In this document: positions 9,565 to 19,020 of the stretch, piece by piece
Layout: every line of letters starts with the position of its first letter
Position numbering within the stretch: the stretch's first letter is position 1
From: an uncultured Pseudomonadales bacterium
GTDB lineage: Bacteria; Pseudomonadota; Gammaproteobacteria; Pseudomonadales; Pseudohongiellaceae
Assembly: GCA_943842505.1 (NCBI GenBank)
Contig: CALTDI010000008.1
Location: 88,330-152,329 of the forward strand
Reading direction: 5' to 3'
DNA: 64,000 nt
The notes under the pieces: model-generated
Seen by the model: the letters and a program-made list of their open reading frames with translations, nothing else
Database searches by the model: none
Told to the model about the DNA's origin: nothing
Program-made: the position numbers and the translations under genes

Positions 9565-9576
9565 GTCAAAATCTAG

Positions 9577-10623
9577 CTAGACAATCGCCGGTTCCGTAGA
9601 GGGTTTCTCATCGGTTGCAGGGTCCATTTCATCCTGAAACACCTCAACTATCTCTTGCACGCTTTCCGCGTCTTTGAATTTTGCGATGTGAAATAGAGCT
9701 TCGCCTTCATTGACTAGCGGAATATTCGTGCGCCCGATAATGATTCCCTCACCGTTGGCAACTACAGTCTCTTCTGAAGAGCCGAACGGGTCGGATATGA
9801 TGCCGAGTACCTCGTTAGATTCTACCTTCTCACCCAAGGATTTTGCTGCGCGAAGAATACCGCTCTTAGCAGCTCTGACCCAGTAACTGGAACGGGCGAC
9901 GAAAGGGTCGATGTCTTTTCTGCGGGCTTTTACCTTGGGAATCATCTCTAACTCACGCATTACAGAGACGACACCATTGACACCTGCGCGAATGGCAACC
10001 TCGCTGAAACGCAGCGCTTCGCCAGCCTCATAGACGATAACAGGAATTTTTAATTTCGATGCGGCATCTCGTAGCGTGCCCTCTGCCACCGGTGTATTGA
10101 CGATAACTGGCGCATTGAATGCTCTGGCCATACGGTCTATTTCTGGATTATCCAATTCGGCGCGTATCTGCGGAAAATTGTCTCGGTGTATCGCCGCCGT
10201 ATGCAGGTCTATCCCGTGGCTGCACTTCGATACGATCTCGGTTAAGAACAGATGCGCCATGCGCGCAGCCAGCGAGCCTTTCTCAGAACCAGGGAAGGAT
10301 CGATTCAGGTCGCGGCGGTCAGGCAGATAACGTGTCTGCGAGATGAAGCCGAGAATATTGACCACGGGAACGGCAACGATGGTACCGCGAACTTGCTTGA
10401 GCGATTTGCGGTTTAAAACACGACGAATGATTTCTACGCCATTGATCTCGTCGCCATGAATAGCGCCAGAGAGAAACAGGATTGGGCCAGGTTTCTTGCC
10501 GTGTATAACATACACGGGGCATGACATGGGATTGTGTGTGTACAGGGCCGGGATGGAAAGTTCGATTGCTTCCTGTGTGCCTGCCTTGATGGAAACATTA
10601 CCTATGATGAAGGGTTCACGCAT
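9577..10623 (-). CDS. succinylglutamate desuccinylase/aspartoacylase (AstE/AspA, M14-like) family protein
   Basis: 348 aa with the zinc-ligand motif LSGAIHGDEINGVEIIRRV. It is a classic neighbour of rimK and DUF785 genes. Confidence 0.8.
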   Translation of the reverse strand: MREPFIIGNVSIKAGTQEAIELSIPALYTHNPMSCPVYVIHGKKPGPILFLSGAIHGDEINGVEIIRRVLNRKSLKQVRGTIVAVPVVNILGFISQTRYLPDRRDLNRSFPGSEKGSLAARMAHLFLTEIVSKCSHGIDLHTAAIHRDNFPQIRAELDNPEIDRMARAFNAPVIVNTPVAEGTLRDAASKLKIPVIVYEAGEALRFSEVAIRAGVNGVVSVMRELEMIPKVKARRKDIDPFVARSSYWVRAAKSGILRAAKSLGEKVESNEVLGIISDPFGSSEETVVANGEGIIIGRTNIPLVNEGEALFHIAKFKDAESVQEIVEVFQDEMDPATDEKPSTEPAIV

Positions 10624-10780
10624 TTTTTAGCCTTTTGCTCGAGCCTTTGTTCTAGCTGTCTCAATAATTGTTTTCATGAAGGCGATTATTCCAGTGTGCG
10701 CCCTGCATTGCGGTGCTCTTCGACGGTCTCGAGAGTGCTTTCGTTGTATCCCAGCGTAAGATTCTCCACTAGTATCGTGA

Positions 10781-12124
10781 TCAGCTTCCCCTGGGTAGTT
10801 CGCCGATATCGGATGAGCGCAAATGCAGGTCGCGTTGTGGGTAAGGTATTTCGATATTATGTTCGTGAAATTTGTCCCAGATGCGAAGAAGCAAATCACT
10901 TGTTACATTGGCGCGTCCATTCATTGGGTCATTAATCCAGTAGCGCAATTCCAAATTTACCGAACTGTCCCCGAATTCCTTCATCAGGCAGTTTGGCGCA
11001 GGGTCGTCTAATATTCGTGGGATCTCGGCTGCCGCTTCTTTACAGAGCGCGATAGCTTTGTGCACATCCGCTTTGTAGTGTACGCCTACAACCTGTCTCA
11101 AACGCAATAGGTTCTGCGAATGAGACCAGTTCTCCACCCGGTTGATAATAAGCTCTTCGTTGGGAATGAGGTGTTCGACCCCATCGCGAGTCGTTACCGA
11201 TACATAGCGCGCGGTTAGTGCGTCGACTCGGCCGTAATAGTCCGCCACCACGATTACATCTCCTGGCTTTATCGACTTATCCATCAGTAGAATAAACCCG
11301 CTGATGAGATTGGCGAAGATTTTCTGTAGGCCAAAACCGATGCCGACACCTACGGCGCCGCCGACCACGGCGAATGCCGTCAGGTCTACGCCTACTATTG
11401 CCAAAGCCATGATAAAGGCAATTGCGCTTAGGGATATGCGCATAAATTTAATTGTCAGGACCTGAATCGAGGGAGAGAGATTGCGAGCAGATTTAAGCTT
11501 GCTCTCCGTAATTTGTCCGGCAACCGCCGATAGCCAAAGTAAAATGCCAAGAGTCACCAGTGCCTGAATAATGGTGAGTACGGATATAGTCGCCTGACCG
11601 AGAGAGAATGAGACTCCGTCCAGGAAAACGATCGTGGGCTCTAGAATGCCAAGGATATTCAGCGCTGCGATTAGCCATGCGCTAATGGCGATGGTGCGAG
11701 ACCAGAAATGACTGCTAACCAGAATTGTCGCGCTTTCGATTATTACCCAGGCGGCTAACAAGCTGGTGGTGATAACTAATGATGTGTTTGTGATACCCCA
11801 GCTTTTAGTGACTAGAACTGAAGCCCATAGCAGGAGAAGCCAAATCCCCGGGAAGGATATATCCCGTGCCGATTGCCACAATCGGTCTACTATAGAGAAC
11901 CGAGACTGTCTCTCAATAAGAATCTGAAACTGTTTTTGTAGGCTTGTGGCAAGGGGCCAGGCGATAGTTGCTGCTGCAAGAATAATCCCCAGACAGATCA
12001 GCGTGTCGAAAACAAACAAGTCGCTCTGCAGCCATTCCTGAAATCTATTCAGCCAAGCCGCCCAGGTGTCGGGATTAGTAATCTGATCGATAATAGGTTC
12101 GGTAGTGCTATCCACTATAACCAC
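10781..12124 (-). CDS. mechanosensitive ion channel (MscS family) protein
   Basis: Multiple N-terminal TM helices, then the MscS core LISGFILLMDKSIKPGDVIVVADYYGRVDALTARYVSVTTRDGVEHLIPNEELI. It overlaps upstream corA by 10 nt. Confidence 0.85.
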   Translation of the reverse strand: MVIVDSTTEPIIDQITNPDTWAAWLNRFQEWLQSDLFVFDTLICLGIILAAATIAWPLATSLQKQFQILIERQSRFSIVDRLWQSARDISFPGIWLLLLWASVLVTKSWGITNTSLVITTSLLAAWVIIESATILVSSHFWSRTIAISAWLIAALNILGILEPTIVFLDGVSFSLGQATISVLTIIQALVTLGILLWLSAVAGQITESKLKSARNLSPSIQVLTIKFMRISLSAIAFIMALAIVGVDLTAFAVVGGAVGVGIGFGLQKIFANLISGFILLMDKSIKPGDVIVVADYYGRVDALTARYVSVTTRDGVEHLIPNEELIINRVENWSHSQNLLRLRQVVGVHYKADVHKAIALCKEAAAEIPRILDDPAPNCLMKEFGDSSVNLELRYWINDPMNGRANVTSDLLLRIWDKFHEHNIEIPYPQRDLHLRSSDIGELPRGS

Positions 12125-13080
12125 CCCTTCCGTCTAAACAGGATTAACTGCACTATAGCGGCTACCGCCATAAACCCCAGTACCAGAAAATAGCTAGGTC
12201 TAAAGCTTAGTTCTGGCATATATTCGAAATTCATTCCATACAGGCCAGCAACGAAGGTTAGAGGCACGAAAATGACGGTTATTACCGTTAATATCTGCAT
12301 CACTTTGTTCAGCCGATGAGAGGATAGCGCAAGATAGCCATCGGATAGATCGGTCAATACATCGTAGTAGAGGCTAGCCAAACTCTGTGAGCGCTCGACC
12401 TGCTCATAGAAATCGACGATTTCATGAGTGAGCCCTTCTCTAAATTTTTCGGGCGGCTCCTCTTTTAAAGACACCGCTATCAGCTTGTGGTAATTGGTAT
12501 TGCGTTTGAAATATCGCAAGCGCGACTTTAACTTCGTAATCTCCGAGAGCAGTTCATCGTTTGGCTTGTCATACATTTCTGTTTCCAGGCTATCCATGCG
12601 CGGCTCGAAGTCGATGAGAATTCGCACATAGCGACGGCAGAGATGATTTGCTAATTTCAAGGCGAGTGAGGCGGGTCCCTCAGTCATTAATTCTGGATCC
12701 TTCTCAATCTTTGCGGCTAGCCATTCGGCGCTTTCCGATACCTTCCGGTGGCGACTTATCAGTATGCGATCTTTCACGAATATCGAAAGTGGAAAGAACT
12801 CGAAATCCAGTGCCTGCTCGGTGTTTTCCAGGTCGCGGAGCATCAGAAACTCGTGCTCTGAATAGCTCTCTATTTTCGGTGGGTGGCGCTTTCTTAAGGC
12901 ATCCTGAATTGCGAGTTGGTGTAGATCGAGACTCTCGAGGATTACTCTTTCTTCTCTTTCTTCATAATCCAGAAGATCTATCCAGATAATGGATTCGGGC
13001 TGTTCCTTCCATGCTGCAAGCAGTTCGATACCGCCAAACCGAGTGCTCTTAGAATTGGGATCAAAAAGTAGGCTTTGCAT
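12115..13080 (-). CDS. corA: CorA-family divalent cation transporter
   Basis: 321 aa. The C-terminal two TM helices carry the GMN signature (AGLYGMNFEYMPEL). Confidence 0.8.
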   Translation of the reverse strand: MQSLLFDPNSKSTRFGGIELLAAWKEQPESIIWIDLLDYEEREERVILESLDLHQLAIQDALRKRHPPKIESYSEHEFLMLRDLENTEQALDFEFFPLSIFVKDRILISRHRKVSESAEWLAAKIEKDPELMTEGPASLALKLANHLCRRYVRILIDFEPRMDSLETEMYDKPNDELLSEITKLKSRLRYFKRNTNYHKLIAVSLKEEPPEKFREGLTHEIVDFYEQVERSQSLASLYYDVLTDLSDGYLALSSHRLNKVMQILTVITVIFVPLTFVAGLYGMNFEYMPELSFRPSYFLVLGFMAVAAIVQLILFRRKGWL

Positions 13081-13332
13081 TTCCTGTAGTCCTTACATTG
13101 GTGGCCAATTGATGATCAGTTCACCCGGAAATGTATCGGGTGACGCTCAACGGCAAGACGCTGATGCTATGCCAGCAACACCCGCTAAAATCTGCGAAGT
13201 TAGTGTAGATTGTGATTGAGAATCGGCAAGAATGCTAGAGATAAAAAGGCTCTCAAAGCCTGCACAAAAGCCTGTAGCAGAGGGGGGTGGACTTGGAGGT
13301 CGCGTTCTAAGAGTGAATGGCTGAACCAGTCG

Positions 13333-13668
13333 TTATTTTCTCACCCAGGCACCAGACGCGTCTTGCAGATACTGCCCAGAAGGGGTGGCTTCGACCGCCT
13401 TCTCGAAGGCCAGAGCCGCAACCTGTTCGACGCTGATGCCATTCTGCCTAGCGATCTGTTGGTATAGCTCTCTCCGTTGCTGATTCACATCTGTGACCAT
13501 GGCGACCACCTCGGCGGGAGCAGACTCTACAACCAAGCCTACAAAGCCATTGCGAAGCTCGCCCACGAGGCCCTCGGTTTTCGCTTCCTGCAATGTCAGC
13601 GCAAACCCGGCGGAGATCATGAGTGTGCAACAGAGTAAAAGTAATGCCTTGTTTATCACATGCTTCAT
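13333..13668 (-). CDS. ydbL: YdbL-like periplasmic protein (DUF1318)
   Basis: Signal peptide followed by LQEAKTEGLVGELRNGFVGLV...RRELYQQIARQNGISVEQV. It is the last gene of a ydbH-ynbE-ydbL arrangement. Confidence 0.75.
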   Translation of the reverse strand: MKHVINKALLLLCCTLMISAGFALTLQEAKTEGLVGELRNGFVGLVVESAPAEVVAMVTDVNQQRRELYQQIARQNGISVEQVAALAFEKAVEATPSGQYLQDASGAWVRK

Positions 13669-13680
13669 AGCTGCTACTCC

Positions 13681-13866
13681 TTAGAACAATCCGCTATCCA
13701 GAGTGAAAATTCCGTCCAGTTCTTCTTCAACCTTAACGCGAATTTCGTGCTCGATTCTGACATTCAAGTTGATAGTGATGGGTTCATTGGGCACCGCGAC
13801 CTGAATAGTTGGGGTGCATGCAGCGAGGTATAGAAGCACTAGCAATAAGCCGCCACGGTTACGCAT
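13681..13866 (-). CDS. ynbE: YnbE-like lipoprotein
   Basis: Using ATG 13864-13866 gives 61 aa: MRNRGGLLLVLLYLAACTPTIQV... with lipobox LAAC. The position between ydbH and ydbL fits. The track ORF extends to 13917. Confidence 0.75.
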   Translation of the reverse strand: MRNRGGLLLVLLYLAACTPTIQVAVPNEPITINLNVRIEHEIRVKVEEELDGIFTLDSGLF

Positions 13867-14006
13867 TGTTCTTAAAGTGTTAGTTCTGTGCATTGTCTCT
13901 GTCCGCTTCAGTCCCATTCATTCTGGCTGTCAGTATATCAGCCAAATATGAATGGCTGCTTAAAATTTGTTAGTGCATCTGTTTAGACCGCAAGAGAAGT
14001 AATTAG

Positions 14007-16397
14007 TTAAGGCCGCTGCATAAAGCGCTCAAGTTCGTCTGTTATTACTCGGCTTGCCTGCAGGCTCTTGAGCAGGGACGGGATATTGTCTGTGATATTC
14101 ACATTGAGATTAATTGCCTGGCCATTATTCATGTCCGGGTTGTATCCCCTAAGTTGTAAGGCTAACAAGAGCTCCCCCTCTTCATCATAGAACACCTCGG
14201 TGTTCATGGTTTGATATTGATAGTTCGAGAGTGCTTGATTGACCAGTCTTAGACTCTGGTTGCTGCTGGGTTGTGAGCTTGCTGGAGCATAACGAATATT
14301 ACCCCCCGGGTTTACTGCCCCCACCAGACCCTTCTCGATGGTAATGTAATCGCCCGTGACGGTGAAGGGCAGATAGCCACTGACAAGTCCGTCGGCGTAG
14401 ACGCCCGGATACTCTGCCAGATCCACAATAGACTCCACATTCAAGTCAGCAAGCACAATGTCGATCTGTTGGCGGGTTTCGTTAGGGTCATATTGCAGCG
14501 CGGCTATGCTTAGCGAGCCGCCGAGTACCGCGGTTGTGAAGTCGTCTATCTGCAATTCGCCCGTTAGGCTGTCGTATCGGTACTGCCATGAGCTATCTTC
14601 GAGCGGCAGACCAACGTCAAGGCGCTCTAGCGAGGCTCTTGCCGGATTTGTAATCTTCATTCCCAGAGGCGTCGTTGCCTCGGCAAACAGGTCGGTGCTC
14701 AAGTCGACGAAGAAATAATCCTGAAAGTAGCCACTTAACCCATCTAGTTTTAAGGCTATAGGGCCGCCAAAGCGCCATGACTCATCTACTTGTTTGCTCC
14801 AGGAGATATTCGCCAGGCCTTCAACCGCGCCGGCCACAATATCGGCATCGAAGTCTTGCAAGGCAAAAAGTGAGGTCAGTGGCGCTGCATCGGAGAAATC
14901 ATATGCCGCTATCTGCAGCATGGCATCGCCTGTGTCCCTAAGGAAGAAGTGTTGCAACCCAACCCCCAAACGCAGGCTTTGGTTTATATCAAGTTCCAGA
15001 ATTCCAGTAAGAATGTCCTCCTCCAGCTGCACTTTGCCGGAAAACGCAGGGCTAATGAGATCGGCGTAACTATTGCCTAGCTGGAACTCGCTGCTGCTGA
15101 AGTTGAATCCTCCGCTGATGAAATCGCCTACACGCAGCTCAACTTCGTTCATCTGCAAATTGCTGCTGATGCTTAGGCCTGTGTTATCTGTAGACGAATT
15201 TATGGCAGGAATCGCAATTTGCACCAGGTCTGTAGCGACGCGCATTTCTTCGTTGGAGTAGTTGAAGCGCAGGGCAGCCGACAGGCTTAGCTCCTCGCCA
15301 GAATACTCGTCATAGCGCCAACTGAGCAGATTGCTCTGCCAGTCACTCTGAATGTTGCAGCTACTTACAGAGGTACACTGCAGTGCGGTGTTATCGAGCT
15401 TGGTTTGGGCGTTGATATGGGCATCCTCAAGTGACCAGCTGCCAATGCCAACTAGGGAGCTTAGTTCGAACTGAAACTCGCCACTTAAATCAGCAATGCT
15501 GCCGACTATGTCTAGTGGGAGCTGCAGTTGCATGTCAGCGGAGCCTAACTGCGACTCTTGGTTCACAAGGAGCTGGGAGTTTGGGCTATCAAGCCTGATG
15601 CTGATATTTGCGAAGCTAGGATCGTCGAAGATCTGTCGTACTTCGAAGTTGCCCTGCAGGGATAGGCGTTCATTGAGAAAGATGGTATCTGCGGGAAGAT
15701 ATTGAGCTAGCTGTTCTCGAAATGACTGAACTGTCAGGGTGCCTGTCAAGGCGACGCCCGTATCCGTGTCGCGGGCCTTCAGGCCGATGTTGGCATCTGC
15801 TGCCAACTCACCCGCTAGCAGCACTTTGGATACAACATCCAGGTTTGTGGGGCTGCTGCGTCGAATGTCGAACTCGATAGCGGTATTGGGCACTGCGCGC
15901 AGTTTGGCTCTGCCTTCGACATGCAGGGGAGGGCTCTGCAGACCTAGCTCAATTTCATAGTCCTCATTACTGGCTAGTAAGCGCAGCTCTGGCAAGATCA
16001 GCGTGTCTACAGGGACCGCATCGAAAACTTCGAGTAGAGATGCCAGGGTAGTGGGCTCCTCTTCTGGTATCGCTTCTGACGCTGCTAGCCAGCGCAGTTC
16101 TATATGCTCTATGTGAATGGATTGTATGCGGCCGGCCAGCAACTGCGAGAGTGAGTATTCTGCGCGTATACCCTGCATTCGAATCTCTTGCTCGTCACTA
16201 AGCAGAACCAGCTCAGCTAGTTCTGTATAATTCGGGCCAAGCCGATTGGCCAGCATCGAGGAGATCTCGAAGCCTAGCTCTGCTGCGCTGGATCTGACCA
16301 GCGTGCTAAGCACTAGGGAGGGTCGAAAAAGAATAATGCCGATTGCTATGCTGAAGATGACAAGCAACAGTAACGCGGCTTTGATCAAACGGGACAT
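14007..16397 (-). CDS. ydbH: YdbH-like AsmA-family intermembrane protein
   Basis: 796 aa with an N-terminal TM anchor (LIKAALLLLVIFSIAIGIILF) and a long repetitive beta-rich body. Operon context with ynbE and ydbL supports the call. Confidence 0.75.
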   Translation of the reverse strand: MSRLIKAALLLLVIFSIAIGIILFRPSLVLSTLVRSSAAELGFEISSMLANRLGPNYTELAELVLLSDEQEIRMQGIRAEYSLSQLLAGRIQSIHIEHIELRWLAASEAIPEEEPTTLASLLEVFDAVPVDTLILPELRLLASNEDYEIELGLQSPPLHVEGRAKLRAVPNTAIEFDIRRSSPTNLDVVSKVLLAGELAADANIGLKARDTDTGVALTGTLTVQSFREQLAQYLPADTIFLNERLSLQGNFEVRQIFDDPSFANISIRLDSPNSQLLVNQESQLGSADMQLQLPLDIVGSIADLSGEFQFELSSLVGIGSWSLEDAHINAQTKLDNTALQCTSVSSCNIQSDWQSNLLSWRYDEYSGEELSLSAALRFNYSNEEMRVATDLVQIAIPAINSSTDNTGLSISSNLQMNEVELRVGDFISGGFNFSSSEFQLGNSYADLISPAFSGKVQLEEDILTGILELDINQSLRLGVGLQHFFLRDTGDAMLQIAAYDFSDAAPLTSLFALQDFDADIVAGAVEGLANISWSKQVDESWRFGGPIALKLDGLSGYFQDYFFVDLSTDLFAEATTPLGMKITNPARASLERLDVGLPLEDSSWQYRYDSLTGELQIDDFTTAVLGGSLSIAALQYDPNETRQQIDIVLADLNVESIVDLAEYPGVYADGLVSGYLPFTVTGDYITIEKGLVGAVNPGGNIRYAPASSQPSSNQSLRLVNQALSNYQYQTMNTEVFYDEEGELLLALQLRGYNPDMNNGQAINLNVNITDNIPSLLKSLQASRVITDELERFMQRP

Positions 16398-16485
16398 GGC
16401 AGAGTCGTCCTACTGCGTGAGTCGCTAGTCTCTCGCTTCGTTACTGTCAACGCAAGCGGCAAGTCGCACTGCCATCTATGACGAA

Positions 16486-16520
16486 AAAGGGGGTTGGGCC
16501 GTAAAGGCCCAACCCCCTTT
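16486..16520 (-). terminator. rho-independent terminator
   Basis: Perfect 15-bp stem AAAGGGGGTTGGGCC / GGCCCAACCCCCTTT with a 5-nt loop. In minus-strand sense it is followed by TTTTT, 15 nt after the stop of 16536..17720(-). Confidence 0.85.
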
Positions 16521-16535
16521 GCTAACTGCTAGCTA

Positions 16536-17720
16536 TTATTGCGGGGAAGACATGATCATGTTGTGCTGCATATTCATCGCTTCGCGTGCGCGGTTACGCT
16601 CAGACTGCATTAGCTCACCAACCGCTGGGCCACCCTGGTTGTATATTCCGCCTCTAAGAGCGAAAAGCAGATAGTCCATCGATGCGGCATTGTTGGTTTC
16701 TTTGTCGGTAAAAAATGCTACCGCCTGATCCATGAGTTCATCGCGATTTTCAACATTGGGAAACGAGAGAATGTCGGCGATTACTGTCTCGAGAAGGTTA
16801 AGATTGTCGAGGATGATGGCCGCTTCAGAAGATTGGCTGTAGAGGTCGGGTGCGATAGCAGGGGCCATTGGCAGCTCGCTAGGAGCCGGGAACATAGTCA
16901 TGCCGCCTGATGAGCCAACTTTGTTCCAGAATCGCTCTAGCGCGACATCGACACCTCCGTTGAATTGGCTATCGAGGCCTTGCAAAATTACGGCTTCAAG
17001 GGCGGCCAGTTGCAGCCATTGATGCGTCCATAGAAATCCGCGTAGCAGAGGGAATGCCGACTTGAGGCCATTCGCCTGATCGTGTTCCAACAGGTAATCG
17101 CTTTCCTTTGGCGTGACTGCCACTGAATGCTGAACGTCACTTTGGTAATCCTCAATAGCCTGAGCAACAGCCGCTTGCTTATCGCCTATCGAGTCGTCGA
17201 TGTAGATGCTAAACAGGCGCTCTTCAAAACCGCGACCCCTCTTAAATACTTCCGAGGTGTGACGATTAATTGCCGAGCTGTTTCCAAAAGCTTCTTCCGC
17301 CGCCTCATCGCTATGCTTGCCGCGCATTATTTCCAACAGTCTTACACGCGCCTCAACTTCGAGATCATGATAGGGGCCATTGCTCATCCCCATATCCATG
17401 GGACCATCGTGACTCATCATGCCTTCAGCCATCATCTCACTCATTGTCATGTTAGAAAGCATGTTGAGATTCATTTGCAACTGATTGCGTGCCTCTTGTG
17501 TTGCGGGGTTGTTATTGATGGCGGCGATTTCTTCCAGGGCTTTGGCCTGGGTTATATCGAAGGCATTAAACAGATCGGCAACTTCTGGATATTGCTCCCG
17601 AATATCGTCTGTGGATTGTGCGCTCAGGGAAACAGAAAAGAAGCAAATTGAAATCCCTAGCGCCGAGATGACTAGTCGGCTAAGAGTGGATTGAAATCTG
17701 CTCGTTGGTTGGTATTTCAT
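16536..17720 (-). CDS. secreted methionine-rich hypothetical protein
   Basis: Start taken at MKYQPTS (ATG 17718-17720), with a signal peptide ending in SLSAQS. Met clusters: MNLNMLSNMTMSEMMAEGMMSHDGPMDMGM and C-terminal MNMQHNMIMSS. I recognise no family. Confidence 0.6.
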   Translation of the reverse strand: MKYQPTSRFQSTLSRLVISALGISICFFSVSLSAQSTDDIREQYPEVADLFNAFDITQAKALEEIAAINNNPATQEARNQLQMNLNMLSNMTMSEMMAEGMMSHDGPMDMGMSNGPYHDLEVEARVRLLEIMRGKHSDEAAEEAFGNSSAINRHTSEVFKRGRGFEERLFSIYIDDSIGDKQAAVAQAIEDYQSDVQHSVAVTPKESDYLLEHDQANGLKSAFPLLRGFLWTHQWLQLAALEAVILQGLDSQFNGGVDVALERFWNKVGSSGGMTMFPAPSELPMAPAIAPDLYSQSSEAAIILDNLNLLETVIADILSFPNVENRDELMDQAVAFFTDKETNNAASMDYLLFALRGGIYNQGGPAVGELMQSERNRAREAMNMQHNMIMSSPQ

Positions 17721-17986
17721 AGCTTCTGGCTCCGATGTTACAGGGTATTGATTAAGTATAAACCTATCATCAGGGCGCGCCAATGCCGGCGTATGGCCTT
17801 TGCTGATGCCTTGAGGTGTCACGATGAGGGTAGATTTTCTAGCGAGGATGTCGATTCGCTCTGCAGCACTGTGACTGTGGTCTTTAGCGTCTAAATCTAG
17901 CTCGACACCACCCTCTATAAGGGGGCTTCCTGGTGGAGGGTTCTGTTGTAATAAATTGTGACAGCAAGCTCCACTGACTGATTAGT

Positions 17987-18970
17987 CTAGAGTGATTCGG
18001 ATCTAAGGCTCGCTCGCATATCTATGGGCAGTGAGATTGTAATTCGGGCGCCTCGGTCAGCTTCGTTCGCGGCCACGATTTTTCCGCGATGCTTCAGGAC
18101 GAGTCCATGACTTATGTATAGGCCCAGACCGGTGCCCTCTTTGATGCCCTTGGTTGTGAAGAAAGGATCAAACAGATTGAAAATGTCTTGTTCTGGAAAC
18201 CCAGGGCCATCATCTATGATATCTATGTGGACATATTCTGAGTCGGCGCTGGTGCGAATTTCGATCTCACCCGAAGTCTCCATTGCCTGCATGGAGTTCA
18301 TTAAGACATTTATCAGAACTTGATTGAGTTGACCGGCACAGGCATATATATCAGGAAGGTCACCGTAGAACATTTTTACTGTGCACTTGTATTTGATTTC
18401 ATTCCAAACCAGATTGATAGAATCATCTATAACTTGATTAATATTCAGGCTGAGTCTTTCGTCTTTGTCTGTGCGCGAAAAATCCTTCAGGTTGCGTACT
18501 ATATCTTCCACTCGTTTCGTGCCGCTTAGACTCTCCTTGATACAAGAAACGGCATCTTCGGATATGAAATCGAGTTCGCGATCCTTGATTAGTAGGTTTA
18601 TGCGCTCTAGCGAATCCGATAGCTCCGCAGTAACTGCTGCCTGCGTGAGTTGCCCGCTCAATTGTGCATAAGCAGACAGAATCAATCGGATGGACTCTAA
18701 ATATTTTTCCAGGGTTTCTAGATTGCTTCTAATAAAACCGATGGGGTTGTTGATCTCATGCGCCACGCCGGCTGCAAGCAAGCCTATCGATGCTAGCTTC
18801 TCTTGCTGAACCAGATGTGCCTTATGATTTTTTAGATCATCGAATGCTTTTGATAGTGATTCGTTGGTATCGAATAACTCGCGAGACCTGATTTCGAGAA
18901 GACCTTCAGCCCTTTCTCTTGCTTTTTGTTGACGCTCGTAGGCTTTTTTGTAGTCGGAATTTACTATCAT
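17987..18970 (-). CDS. hnoK: cytoplasmic sensor histidine kinase (H-NOX-associated)
   Basis: H-box GVAHEINNPIGFI, N-box LINVLMNSMQAM, G1 DDGPGF and G2 GTGLGL. It has no TM segments and lies immediately downstream of the H-NOX gene. Confidence 0.8.
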   Translation of the reverse strand: MIVNSDYKKAYERQQKARERAEGLLEIRSRELFDTNESLSKAFDDLKNHKAHLVQQEKLASIGLLAAGVAHEINNPIGFIRSNLETLEKYLESIRLILSAYAQLSGQLTQAAVTAELSDSLERINLLIKDRELDFISEDAVSCIKESLSGTKRVEDIVRNLKDFSRTDKDERLSLNINQVIDDSINLVWNEIKYKCTVKMFYGDLPDIYACAGQLNQVLINVLMNSMQAMETSGEIEIRTSADSEYVHIDIIDDGPGFPEQDIFNLFDPFFTTKGIKEGTGLGLYISHGLVLKHRGKIVAANEADRGARITISLPIDMRASLRSESL

Positions 18971-19020
18971 AATAATTTAATGCTGAAGCAACAATGATCA
19001 CTACCCTCGTGCATACAGGG

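Noticed and set aside
17127-17651. 174-aa plus-strand ORF with His-rich tracts (HPHIHGTIVTHHAFSHHLTHCH)
   Set aside because: It is the antisense shadow of the Met-rich gene, because ATG codons read CAT (His) on the other strand. It has no start context or family resemblance, and it lies wholly inside the better-supported minus-strand gene.
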